Shown here piece by piece: positions 12,800-25,592 of a stretch of 64,000 nt of DNA (its first letter is position 1; each line of letters begins with the position of its first letter). A program made the position numbers and the translations under genes. This stretch comes from the human T2T-CHM13v2.0 reference genome, Homo sapiens, in the NCBI RefSeq assembly GCF_009914755.1, contig NC_060925.1, one strand, 5' to 3'. A model generated the notes under the pieces. That model ran no database searches. It saw nothing but the letters and a program-made list of their open reading frames with translations, and was not told the origin of the DNA.

Positions 12800-13955
12800 A
12801 TAAGTTAAAAAAACAAATCCTTGTATTATTCAGTTCTCAGTTTAAAATCACCTTCCAGATATGAAACAAGAAATATCAGAAAGCAGGTATGAGTCAGAAA
12901 ATGACTTGGTAGCTCATTGCAGACAAGAGAGTCATAGGAAAACCCAAAGAGCTCAGATGTTAGTTTTTGTGCTTTGCCCTCTGTGTTGAGCCTTGGTATA
13001 GGTGGCATATGTGGTGGGCAGGGGTTTGAGGGAGAAATAATTGAACGCTGTGAAACTTGGGGATCAGGGCAAAAGGGAGCCAGCAGTCCACCTGCAGAGT
13101 TGCAGAACTGAGGCTGGGTGTAGCTTTGCAGAGATACCAGCAACAGAGACAGGTGGGTCTCAGAAAGGCTGGTAGAATGGCCATGTCCTTCTTTGTGTCC
13201 AGACCAAGAAAGGACAAAGGACCTCAATGACTTAGTACAAAAATGAGGAAGATGCTGAGTAGCCTGTGTAGCTTTGTCTCCTTCAGAGCCTGAGTCCAGA
13301 TCATATACATCTCAATGGCGGCAGCAGGGACAGGCAAACAAAACTGGAGTTCCACAATAGTGGGGCTTAGAAAATCCATGCTGGGTTTAGAATCAACCCA
13401 AGAAAGGAGAGAAAAAGCCTTGAGAGGGAATTTTATAACTGAATGCAATGAAATGACAGACCAGAGTTGAACTTTGGATTTAGAAAGAATATACCTAAAA
13501 GTGCTTAGATTCCATTTCTGCATTAGGTAAAATAGATGGGTCACTGTCAGAAGACCGCATCATAGAAAAAAAAAAAATGATCGGCCCGGAGCCGTGGCTC
13601 ACACCTGTAATCCCAGCCTTTGGAAGGCCTAGGCGGGCAGATCGCTTGAGCCTAGGGGTTTGAGACCAGCCTGGGCAACATGGTGAAACCCCCTCTGTCT
13701 CTACTAAAAATACAAAAATTAGCCAGGCATGGTGGCAGGTACCTGTAATCCCAGCTACCTGGGAGGCTTAAGCGGGAGAATCACTTGAACCTGGGAAGCA
13801 AAGGTTGCAGTGAGACAAGATCTCACCACTGCACTCCAGCCTGGGTGATAGAGTGAGACTCTGTCTCAAAAAAAAAAAAAAAAAAAGAAAGAAAGAAAAG
13901 AAAAAAAATGATCTTTGTCATCTGACATTTGAGTGTCTGACTTGCAAAATCATAT
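12800..13955 (+). mobile_element. Probable ancient LTR (LTR78-like), interrupted by an Alu
   Basis: GC-richer purine-rich block. Its 3' end aaaatgatc[Alu]tttgtcatctgacatttgagtgtctgacttgcaaaatcata resembles my recollection of an LTR78-type terminus. The family is uncertain. Confidence 0.3.
13583..13900 (+). mobile_element. Alu, full length (J-like left arm, S-like right arm)
   Basis: ggcccggagccgtggctcac...A/(GAAA) tail; TSD aaaaaaaatgatc at 13570-13582 and 13901-13913. Confidence 0.92.
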
Positions 13956-15816
13956 TGAATATGAATTATTTTATTAATTTTTATGTGTGAAAAAATACTA
14001 GGTCTGCTGCTAATAAAGAACATTAGAAGGAAAGGTGGGCAGGGAGGCTTGAAGGAAATAGTAAATAAACATTTTCAAGTCACTGTAGGAAAGGAGCAAA
14101 AATGTGACTTTATTGCTGAATGATATACAGAGTTCAGTCAAGCCAGATTTGAGACAATATAGCATATGACATAAATCTACATAGTTAAGGTTTTCTCCAG
14201 GCAACATTTAGTGTTACCTTTCTCATGTTTGTAGGCCCAATATTATATCTATGGTAAACATGTTTTGGATACTCATTATGTTAAGTCAAGGGGCTACCCC
14301 ATGAGTAAACCACAATCCTTGTCTCTGAGGGCTTGCTTTCTATTGGAAAATACAAACGTAAGCGAATAAATACGATAAAAATGTAATATGACAAAATTGA
14401 GAAATATTGAATTCCAAAAGACAATTTCTAACTTTGTTGTAGAGAAAGGGGTTAAGAAAAATTTTCAAGAAAGGAGATAATATTTCAACTGGGTTTTGAA
14501 AACATCTATAGCAAATAGTGGAAATAGGTTAAAAATATTTTAGGAAAAAACAGCTAAGCTGCACTTAATTTGAGTATTTTTTATTTTGTGAAACATTACC
14601 AGAAGCATTTCTCCACTTAAACTTTATTTCTTGCAAATATTGTTCATGTTGAAGCGAATCTATACAAACACTTTTCACTAACATTCAAAACCATCTTGGT
14701 TATCCTTTTAAATATACTTGTATTATTAGTCTAAATATAAAGATTCATAGAAAGATAAGAAGATGCAAAATCTACAATTATATGTGATACTATTATTATT
14801 ATATGTTTATTAAATGACTTCATTTGCCATGAAAACATAATTTACCTGATATATCTGTTTACTTAACCACACTGTATGAAAATGTGCCACACAGAACTAT
14901 ATTTACACATATAAACCTACTATTAATTATTAATCTTATGGCAAGCATAAAAGTAAACTTTTATATTAATACAGTTTAATTTTATTTCCTAAAACCATAA
15001 ATTTTAGGATAAAAAATAAATTAATTTTGACATTGCTCAACATCAAACAAACTTTAATAAAATGTTAAAATTAAAGCTGTAGAATTTGTTTTCAAATTTA
15101 GTGAGATGAACTGTATTTCAAAACAGCACATAAACATTGAACTAGTCACATAATTCAAGGATACCAAAATTAGCATTCCATGGATTCATTCATTAGAAAG
15201 TACTGGTGGCCTCTTTACCCACATAGTGTAAAGCTATTCATGCCAGCAGCTTAAGACACTCAAGTTTGCCAAATTTCACAGGTGCTGCCTGAAGAGAATG
15301 ATAGTCTGCCACTCCTCCCTTGCAAAAGACAAATCTCTATTCACAAGAGCGGGAAAACTTACAAACAGAGAGGCTATTTTTTAAAATCTTTGATGCTAAT
15401 TCAAATAGGAACTTGACCAGTTGTACCTCCTCTTAGCAACAGGTGCAGAATTATACACTGACTCTCCTATAAATATTCTTGAAAGAATCCCTTGGCTTTA
15501 GCATTTTAATGCCATGTTTCTTTAAATGAGGCCTGTTTTTCATAGGTTTTCTAATTTGAATGTTATACTCTTGCAGACTGTACCTAATTTATTTTACTAA
15601 TGAAAATATCAAATGTCAATTGATTTGTATCTCTTGTGGAAATTTTGCCATTAAGATATTAATATAATATATTTTATAGATGTTCTGCTAGTAAAAAGAA
15701 GCTCCTGTTTTTCATCAATACTAAATTGCTATAACTCTTCGTTATTTTCCCAGTAGTAAAGATAATTTTATGCCTGGAATTTAAATCCATATTCTTGATT
15801 GAGATGTTTGTTTGTC

Positions 15817-16380
15817 TGCAGTGTAGTCAAGAAGACACTGCACTAGACTGGGGCTCAATTCCAGAATTAACACCACAATTTTATAACTGTATAACCTTTA
15901 GAATATCACTTAATATTTTAATCCTCTTTCTTTCTCTTTTTCTTTCTTTCTCTCTCTCTTTCTTTCTTTCCTTTTTTTTTTTTTTTTTTTTTTTGAGACA
16001 GAGTCTTGCTCTGTCACCCAGGCTAGTGTGAAGTGGCACGATCTCCGCTCACTGCAACCTCCACCTCCTGGTTCAAGCAATTCTCCTGCCTCAGCCTCCT
16101 AAGTAGCTGGGTTACAGGCGTGTGCCATCATGCTGGGCTAATTTTTGTATTTTTAGGAGAGACAGGATTTCACCATGTTGGTCAGGCTGGTCTCAAACTC
16201 CTGACCTTGTGATCAGCCTGCCACGGCCTCCAAAAGTGTTGGGATCACAGGTGTGAGCCACCACGCCTAGCCTTAATCCTCATTATTTTTCCTATATGTA
16301 AAATAAAATAATAAAGACTGATTTGTACATCCCAAGTAGTTAATGTGAGGATCAAAAAAGATATCGATTATGAAAAATAT
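15817..16380 (+). mobile_element. MIR interrupted by an Alu
   Basis: ataactgtataacctttagaatatcacttaat...cctc[Alu]attatttttcctatatgtaaaat...gtgaggatcaaa. Confidence 0.6.
15927..16272 (-). mobile_element. AluSg-like with (CTTT)/(CT)/T tail
   Basis: caggctggtctcaaactcctgaccttgtgatc; TSD ttaatcctc at 15918-15926 and 16273-16281. Confidence 0.92.
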
Positions 16381-16449
16381 GAATAAAAGTTTAAAAAGTA
16401 AAAAGTAAACATGAAAAGAAAAAACATATATAAAATAAAAAGACTCTTT

Positions 16450-16790
16450 TTTCCAGAAGAAAATATGGGAGAAAATCTGTTCAAGTTGTGATTGGCAAAA
16501 ATTTCTTTGGACTCAACCTTTCTACCTATAGAAGAAAATAATTGATGAATTAGACTTTATTAATGGCAATCCACATTCTGGTTGGCCACATTTACAAGTC
16601 AGAAAAAAAGTGCTTGCCTCAGAATATGTAAATAATTATTTTCAACTAATAATGGGAATACAAACATCTCAATAAAAATGAACAACATAATTGAAGAAAC
16701 ATTTTACATAACCTGATATATGAAAGGTCAAGAAGCACCTGAAATGATAACTAATCATAATTAGTTATGTGGAAAGGAAATCTCATTCTA
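16450..16790 (+). mobile_element. Ancient L1 ORF2 3' fragment
   Basis: agaagaaaatatgggagaaaatct...attgatgaattagacttt...agaagcacctgaaatgat. Confidence 0.6.
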
Positions 16791-18999
16791 GTCAGAAAGT
16801 GGAAAACTGCTAAGGATTTGGATATGGCTAGAGCTGAAAACAGAGTTAAAGAAAGGTTTTTGCTTTTGCGCTGGCATTGGAAATGATAAGATTCATGCTA
16901 TTTTTTTAAGTAATTCTATTTTAATACGTGTGTATTGATCTCTGTTTTTACAGAAAATGCCAGGTACAAAGGTATAGTTTATCTTGGATACTAATTTGAG
17001 TGGGGTTTTGTCTTCATTTTTTACAATTTAATTTTCTTTTTTTCTTTTCTATAAGTGTTTGACACCATACTTGTCTTCATTTTAATAGTGTTCAGAGTAT
17101 AACCTATCAGAAATATTTTTATACTTGAAAAAATACAACTTTCAAATAAAAAAATTAAAAATATGGAATTGAAGTATGCCTGAGACAAGTTAATCTAATT
17201 ATCAAAAAGCTCACTTTTTGCTTCAGCAATATGTTTTATTTAGGGAAAAAAAAAAAGTTGGCCTTTCTGGACTAAAGAGATCTGAGATAAAAGGAGAGAC
17301 TAAAACTATGCCTGGAAAACTTTTATTGAAAAAATTTCCTGAAAGGCCGTAAGTAGTTTTTATTTTTCCTTTTCCAGATATTAGAATTTTGGCTTGAGTT
17401 TTCTGTGGTATCTGAGGAAAGAAAATAGGAGAAGAGAGCCTAGCTACCCAATTTCCTTCTTTAAAGTAAAGATGATTTGCAAGAAGTTTTCAATCAAAAA
17501 ATTAAAATGTTTTAAAATATACAAAACATAGAACTATACATCAGCTTGGAGTGGAGGAAAATAAAATGCAAGTAGCCTATATACTTGTCCGATTATCTTT
17601 CTAAAGATTTTTGGCTTATGGAGAACAGCAAAACTCAGACTGAAGTTAGATTACCTCTACCACATGGAGACTGCTGGCTTTCGGAAGATGTGTCCACTCA
17701 CTTCAGTTTGGTTAGGCCAAGACAAATAATAAAATCATGAAGACAACATGGAAACAGATGCAGAAAATGTAATTCTCCCCAGCTTCTGAATGCAAAGAGA
17801 AACTAGCTCACCAATGGAACTACTCAAAGGTCAAGCCTTTCAGTTAAAAATAGAAAACAGCCTTTTCCTAAGGGACATTGAGGGACCATTCTCATACCTG
17901 CAGGACCAATAGTCCTTTGTGGATATGGAAATAATAACAGAATGTTCTGAGAGGGATGCTTCAACAAGCAACACCCCCAAAACTGAGTTATTCCTCTATC
18001 TAGGCAATGTATATTTTTATAGATGAGTAAGGGCTGAATCCAAAAACATTTAATGACTAGCACTGCATGAACACCAGCCCATCAGAATGAACACCCAACA
18101 TATAAGAATGGTATCAACTCTTACACTGCTATGTTCTGGCTCTAGCTGAATGTCAGTACTGAGGTATGCCATGACTATTTTAAGTCATTTTAGCCAAATT
18201 CAAGGTGGTGGCCAGGTAACATCCCTTTATCAAATGCTAACTGAACTACAAAATTTAGAATTATGAATCCCTAGACAGATTGGTAATCTGAAAGTTATGA
18301 GAATTGCATAGCCATGACCATTTATAATTTTATCAAATAATATGATCAATAAAACATTAATCTAATTTCCTCACAAATTTATGCAAGGAGCATGATGTCT
18401 GGTTGGCTTGTTTGGATATTGATGTCCATGAAAATGCATAGGAGAGTATTAAGGGGAAAATCCTCCCTATTTGTTGTACAAGATTCTTTAAGAGAGGCTG
18501 CAGAAACACCAAACAATGTACAGGCATAGGAGACACAAAATGTGCCAAGAAAATTACAGGAAATTTCAGTATCAATTAATGTCTTTTTGAAATGCAACCC
18601 CCTCCCCCTTTTTATTTCCTCTCTTTCACTAAACTGGCTCATAGCTAGTATCTTCCCCCAGTGCTCATATAAAATAATACAATGGCATCCATAGCATCCA
18701 TATTTCATTCTCTAATTCTAACCTGCCCTAAAACAAAGTGGAAGTTCAGGGAAAGTATCTGACTCCAAGTTTAGGGCAGGGGAATTCATGATAGCCCTGG
18801 AATCTTGTTAATGGACAATGGCATCATCAACTGTGTAGTCTCATCTGGGATGTTAGTACCCTACAGAAATTTCAACCCATTGTGCTGTAGCCTTTCCTCT
18901 AGGTGGTCATTTATTTCCATTAAGATACTTTATATTTTAATAATTAAATTAGAAAACTAAGTATATTCATCTTTTTTTCCATTTTTGTATAATTTTTGT

Positions 19000-19665
19000 T
19001 AAAGTTACATCATTTTTATAAAAGATTGGCTTCCATAGTTTCTTGTTGCCTGGAAAAAACCTAAATAATATTTCTAACCTTCTAAAGTCAGAAAAATCTT
19101 ACCGATGAACATATCTCATCTTCATACTTTCCAAAATGGGTATTTTATCACTTTTCCCAATGATCTGTCAGTCATCCCCAATAACTCTTTGACTATGTTT
19201 TCTATTACTATACTCTCCATGGGAAGCCACAGGGGCTCCTCATGATTCCTGGAGCACTCCAGGCCCCACTGCACCTCAGGAATTTGAACATGCTGCTGTT
19301 CAGTCGGCCTGTAATTCACTTCTCCAGATATACATATGGCATACTGCATTCTCACCTTCTTCATATCTTTGCAGACAGTCTTGTTTAAAATTGTAAACAC
19401 AATGACAACCACATAGATACCTAACCCCTGGCATGTCCTTTTTTTCTTTTCTGGCTTATTTTTTCCATAATACTGATAATCTTCAAAAATAATATATAAT
19501 TTGCCCATTTACTTTATTTTTTCACCCCACTAAATTATTAACTCATAATTTCCAGGCTATTTATATACATTATATATAATCTCTCTCTCTATAAAATTGC
19601 ACAGGCTGATGTATGTCCTGTGTCATACATGACATTAAATGTTTATTTGTCCAATGAAATAAAAA
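19000..19665 (+). mobile_element. L2a-like 3' portion
   Basis: ggctcctcatgattcctggagcactccaggccccactgcacctcaggaatttgaacatgctg...ccagatatacatatggc. Confidence 0.7.
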
Positions 19666-19990
19666 ATGGTTACAAGTTCTCAGTAACTTTAACTTTTTGT
19701 ATGTTGATTTTGTGTCATGCAACTTTACTGAATTCATCTAAATCCCATTTAATTTTTTATTCCTTCTTCTTTATCAATTAAGGCATTTGTAACTATGATC
19801 TTTATTTTGAGTCTAGAATTCACTGTGTTCTCATAGCACTATGCAGTGTTCTCTTTTGAACTGCTTTCTTTAGAGTCTGAAATTTCCCTTTGAATTTTCT
19901 TTGAACAAAGGATTAAGTAGGAATGGGTTTCTTAATTTCCAATCAGGGAAGAATTTCATTTTTAAAAATTGCATGTCAACAATTTCACTT

Positions 19991-20630
19991 AAATGTAAAT
20001 TAGTACAACCACTGTGGAAACCAGTATGGAGATTCCTTAAAGAACAAAAAGTAGACCTACCATTCAATCCAGCAATCCCACTACTGGGTATCTACCCAAA
20101 GGAAAAGAAGTCATCATATGAAAAAGACACATGCATACACATTTTTATAGCATCACAATTTGCAACTGCAAAGATATGAAACCAACCTAACTGCCCATCA
20201 ACCAAAGGGTGAATAAAGAAAATGTTATTATGTATACATTCACATACATACATATATACACACATACCATGGAATACTACTCAACCATAAAAAGGAATAG
20301 AATAATGTCTTTTGCAGCAACTTGGTTGGAGCTCGAGGCCATTATTCTAAGTGAAGTTGCTCAGGAATGGAAAAACCAAATATCATATGTTCTCATTTAT
20401 AAGTGGGAGTTAAGCTATAAGGACTTAAAGGCATAAAAATGATATAATGGACTTTGGGGACTTGGAGGGAAAGTTAAAAGGGGAGTGAGGGATCAAAGAC
20501 CACACATTGGGTACAGTGTACACTGCTCAGGTGATGAGTGCTCTAAACCCTCAGAAATCATCAATAAAGAACTTATCCATGTAACCAGAAACCACCTGTA
20601 CCCCAAAACTATTGGAATAATTTTTTAAAA
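19991..20630 (+). mobile_element. L1PB1/2-like 5'-truncated element (ORF2 C-terminus plus 3' UTR)
   Basis: ORF2 remnant [37 protein letters not shown]; PB-type UTR aatggactttggggact...cattgggtacagtgtacactgctc; possible TSD aa[t/g]ttcactt. Confidence 0.9.
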
Positions 20631-20949
20631 GAGCATAAAAGTTCACTTAAAATATTTAACCTTATTAGATTATGATAAAATAAATGACCTAATCTGGACT
20701 TTGTTAAACTTTTAACATCAGGGAATTAATATAACCTTAAAAGGAGTGTCTTGGTATACCTTCTCCTTGTATACCTTTGTAGCCCACTTGAATGTTACAC
20801 TCATAAATCAAATTGCTACATACACGTGAGTGTATTTGTAGACTTTGTAGCATTTTCCATACTATTTCAATTACTGTATAGTTATATAAATATTCACTAT
20901 TTTAATTACTATATCATCATCACCACCATTACTATCATCATCATTATCA

Positions 20950-21110
20950 AATAGATTGTTTGAGTTTTAATAAATGCTGAGACTTTACACATATAAAAGA
21001 GATTCATTTTCATAATAATTTGGTAAGGAAAGTATTCATTATAGGTAGGAAACTGAAGTCAAAAGAGATTAAGCAATTTTCAGTGGCTACTCAGCAGTGT
21101 AGCCAGAGCA
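20950..21110 (-). mobile_element. MIR fragment
   Basis: ataggtaggaaactgaagtcaaaagagattaagcaatttt. Confidence 0.55.
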
Positions 21111-22729
21111 CTTCTGGAACACTATTTTATTTCTTTAGAAAATATTTGAATATTTGGCAATCCTAGTCTACTATCATTATCCCTCTTTTAAAATATTATT
21201 TACTATATTTGCTTACTTGTTTTCCCACATAAATTTCAATTAATATTGTATTAAATTGATAATTAGTATTATATTGCAATATTAATTTAGTGGAAAATAT
21301 TAATGGATAAAATATATACATACAGAATTATTTTTCCATTCAGAAAACGAGCAAGCTCTCCATGTATTCAAAATTTCCCTTAAATTGCCACAAGATTTTT
21401 ATTACATTTATTTTCTTATATTACATATTTTGATATCCTTGTGGATGTATTCTTTTCTGTTATATTTTCTTAAGGAGTTTTGTTTGCGTATTGGTAGGCT
21501 ATTCATTTTTATTTATTCTGTAGCTAGCAAATTTCTTTAAGTACATTTTTTCAGTTTTTTAAAATTATATTCTATGGGGCTTTCCATGTAAATATGCATG
21601 CCATCCACAACTAACAAGCATATTTTATTGTAAATATCAATATTGCATATTTTCTAATTTTCAAATTATGTAGATTCAAGTTTTATTTACTGGCAAACTT
21701 ACTAAACAAGGATAAACAATAAGTAATAGAAGACGATCTTTTCTTTGGCATAATTATACTATCCAATAAGAATAATTTATTTCAGGATAAAGTTTATATA
21801 CCTTCTTGAGTTGATTATTCTATTAATTTGTTTAATAAGTAACATTTTCAGAACTAGAGATTATAATATCTAAAGACACTTTATATATATGAAAGTCCTT
21901 TTGTTTTCCTCTCAAATAAAATATCAATTCACTAAGCAGAAAATTCTTCAGTCATATTTTTTCCTCTCAAAACACCATGCGTTAATCTACCATACCTTGC
22001 AATTAGTGTTTTAGATTAAAGAAATTGTTTTCATTCTTACTTGGTTACCTTTCCAGTGAGGAAAACAAAACAAAACAAAATTCTTTTGCTGTCACAGTCT
22101 TGGAAAGACAAGCTGGAAGTCAGTTTCCCTCTCATGGTTAGATTGGACTGCTATATTTGCTTTTATAACCATGTACTACTTGACATCCTGACAAACTGCT
22201 TTGTTCCTCTGGTTCTCCCTGAGAGAAGAAAGATAGGAATCTGAGAAGCCAATCTGTGGTCCAGAAAGAGCCGGTGGCCATGTCTGCCTTAGGTTACTTC
22301 CATCTAGAAATAAACAGGCCTGGATGTATGATAGACAAATGCTGTAATTGTTGACTTGGAGCCAGACATGTAAGATGAGCACGCTATTGTGCACACTTTT
22401 TCTCTTCCTTTGTGCCCATACACACAATAAGTAGGCTTTAAAATACGTCAAATATTTAAACTAATTGATGAACTAAGAAAAACTGAAATGGAGTAGCTAA
22501 AAATGATTGATATTAACTTAGAACCATTACATAATACAATTCTATTTTATATATTTTGCTTGGTGCTGAGTCTTTTTTCATCCAATTTCAAGAAAAGCTC
22601 TCTCTCTCTTTCTCATTGCCTCTTCTCAATGAAATATCAGTCTTCTCTCTATGGAAATTCTATTATGCATGCTGTATATTTTTACTCTCACCCATGCTCT
22701 TCATGAACCTCACTTTTAAAATAAATTCT

Positions 22730-23065
<336 letters not shown>

Positions 23066-23336
23066 ATTCTATCTCCTCATTCTTTATTTATAGTACTGCA
23101 TTAGCTTGTTTTACTGTAATAAACTAATGCTCTTCTTTTAACAGTCTACTGTATTTTAGTTTTAAATTTAGTAATCATATTTTTATCTTCTAAACTTTTT
23201 CTTGTTTTCCTATTTTTCCATTCTATTACTTAATGTTTTTTGCATGAATTTAATACTTTCTCAAACTTTTCAATGATGACAGATTGGGAAGAACTAGGAC
23301 ACCTTCTTTAACAAACATGATAAACCTGAGAAATAA

Positions 23337-23590
23337 CATGGTAGAGTAATGAAAAACTCGACGACCTCTATAGCCAGATTGCCTGAGTTTGGACTCTAGC
23401 TCTGCCACCAGTAGTTGAGTAATCTTGCTTAATTTGTTTAGATTATCAAAACTTCAGAATCCTCAATTGTGAATTTAAAGTAAAACTACTACCCACCTTA
23501 TAACATTGTATTAAGTTAAAAATGAAAAATGGTAAAGCATTTAGAACAGTGTTTGACACACGTTTGTACTTAATACATGTTAGCTAATAA
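23337..23590 (+). mobile_element. MIR, near full length
   Basis: agccagattgcctgagtttggactctagctctgccacc...gtaaagcatttagaacagtgtttgacac...aatacatgttagcta. Confidence 0.75.
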
Positions 23591-24039
23591 CTAGTTAAAC
23601 ATGACAGTTGTCACTAGTGAGTCAGTTCCAGGATAATCTCTTTTAGCTCGTTATGTGGGTGGCTCTTCATCAAGAGATATTGGTGGATTCCACTGCATGT
23701 CTCTTCTGCTATTTAGATAGGTATTTCACTTACATGTGATGAATTGTGATTTGGTCAGCTTCAGCTTCATTCCTGTTTACTTTCTGCGGTTTATCTTTCA
23801 AAATATCTCTCCATATTATTGCATATTGATGAATGATTTAATAATTTCAGGTAGTGACACAGTTTTGTTCAGTTCAACAGGAATTTAGATGAGGTTATAA
23901 AAGAAAAATCATGTATTTAGATCATAATCAGGTATTGCTCTCCTTATGTATTAAATATATTGTTGAGGGAGCATGTACGTTTTTGTATACACGTCTCAGT
24001 GCGTGCGTGTTAGTGTGCACTTAGGATATTGTTGAGTAG

Positions 24040-24040
<1 letters not shown>

Positions 24041-24076
<36 letters not shown>

Positions 24077-24087
24077 AGAGAGAGAGA
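24041..24087 (+). repeat. (TG)15 followed by short (AG)n
   Basis: Direct read. Confidence 0.95.
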
Positions 24088-24607
24088 CCTGGTAGAATTT
24101 CCTTATATTATTACTAATGTACATTGTTTTATATTTGTTTATGGCTAACTTTCCTGCTTATATGAGCTAATTTTGTTTCAGTTCAATACAAAGTGTTACC
24201 TGAGATTTGATCTTTTGTATTTCCTTTGAGGAGCCTACATGAATTCTTCCTGCTGAGCTTAATACAACCACCACAGCAAACTGACCTTCATTTTCTTGAG
24301 TGTTCTTTTGTCACATCAATGTTCTTTTGTGATGTTCTATTTGTTGTTGTCTGAAGTGCATTTAGATTGTGAGATAGGAGATTTTTATTTCAATTGGCAT
24401 TGATTTTTGAAATGTATTCACTCACTTTATAACTTGTGTGGGCTGCCTAAAATGAAGTGCTTCACATTTTTTTTCAGTGTTAGGGATTTGTGCTGGTATG
24501 CATCTCATAATATGTAGTTTTCACCCTCTTGATTTATAAAACCATTTTCACTTTTAGAAAACAGTGTCTTAATTTAATGCTCAAGGAAAAGAACTCCAGA
24601 TTTCAGT

Positions 24608-24675
24608 CATATGCCATTTTAATGAGTTGGTATATATGTGCATATGCCATTTTAATGAGTTGGTATATATGTGCA

Positions 24676-24678
<3 letters not shown>
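24608..24678 (+). repeat. Perfect 33-bp tandem duplication
   Basis: catatgccattttaatgagttggtatatatgtg at 24608-24640 and 24641-24673, then catat. Confidence 0.97.

Positions 24679-24681
<3 letters not shown>

Positions 24682-24706
<25 letters not shown>
24682..24706 (+). repeat. (TG)12 microsatellite
   Basis: Direct read. Confidence 0.92.
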
Positions 24707-25262
24707 ACATACATAGATACATATACATGTTAGAAAATAATGATGCTAAAAGGCGGTGAGGAAGATTATTTATAGGGACTATTTTGTCCTCTGCATGAGG
24801 ATTCTAACACATAGTATTGAGATTAGAGATTGCGTACTGCATCTAAGTGGTGTTACCAAATTAGTCATTAGATTAAATGTATCATTAAAGCAACTCAAAT
24901 TAGGTTTTCCCCACTGCATTGAGCAAGTTTGATTCAGAAATGATATCATTTGTAAGATTTACCTGATTTCTGGTGTTTAGTACGACATCATATTATTTAT
25001 TAGTACTATCATTCAGAATGAGAAGTTTAGGACAAGCATCTACATATTTACCTAATGACAATTTTGAAATAGCCAATTTCATTTTTATGCATTGATGCTT
25101 CCAATATTATTTGTATGAAGCTGACAAAAAAGATTCTCATACTTTGAGAAAACACTTTGAGTTATTCCTCTTTTATGCATGCACGATTATATTTTTAAAG
25201 AATAAGAGATTTTAAAATACTAGTCTAATCTCAGTCAGATGACACCAATATCATGGTGTCTA

Positions 25263-25592
<330 letters not shown>

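Noticed and set aside
17580-18350. Possible processed pseudogene in a non-repeat-looking stretch
   Set aside because: The frames I translated are short and unrecognisable, and I found no poly(A) tail or TSD.
18357-19508. Minus-strand ORFs of 72-128 aa as additional BRINP3 exons
   Set aside because: There is no resemblance to BRINP proteins, and 19122-19508 is antisense L2 sequence.
19901-20436. ORFs with L1 ORF2-like peptides (also 33631, 59471-59930, 62796)
   Set aside because: They are truncated, frameshifted L1 fossils and not functional genes.
22040-22430. GC-richer insert within degraded L1
   Set aside because: It is possibly an LTR fragment, but I could not assign a family or boundaries.
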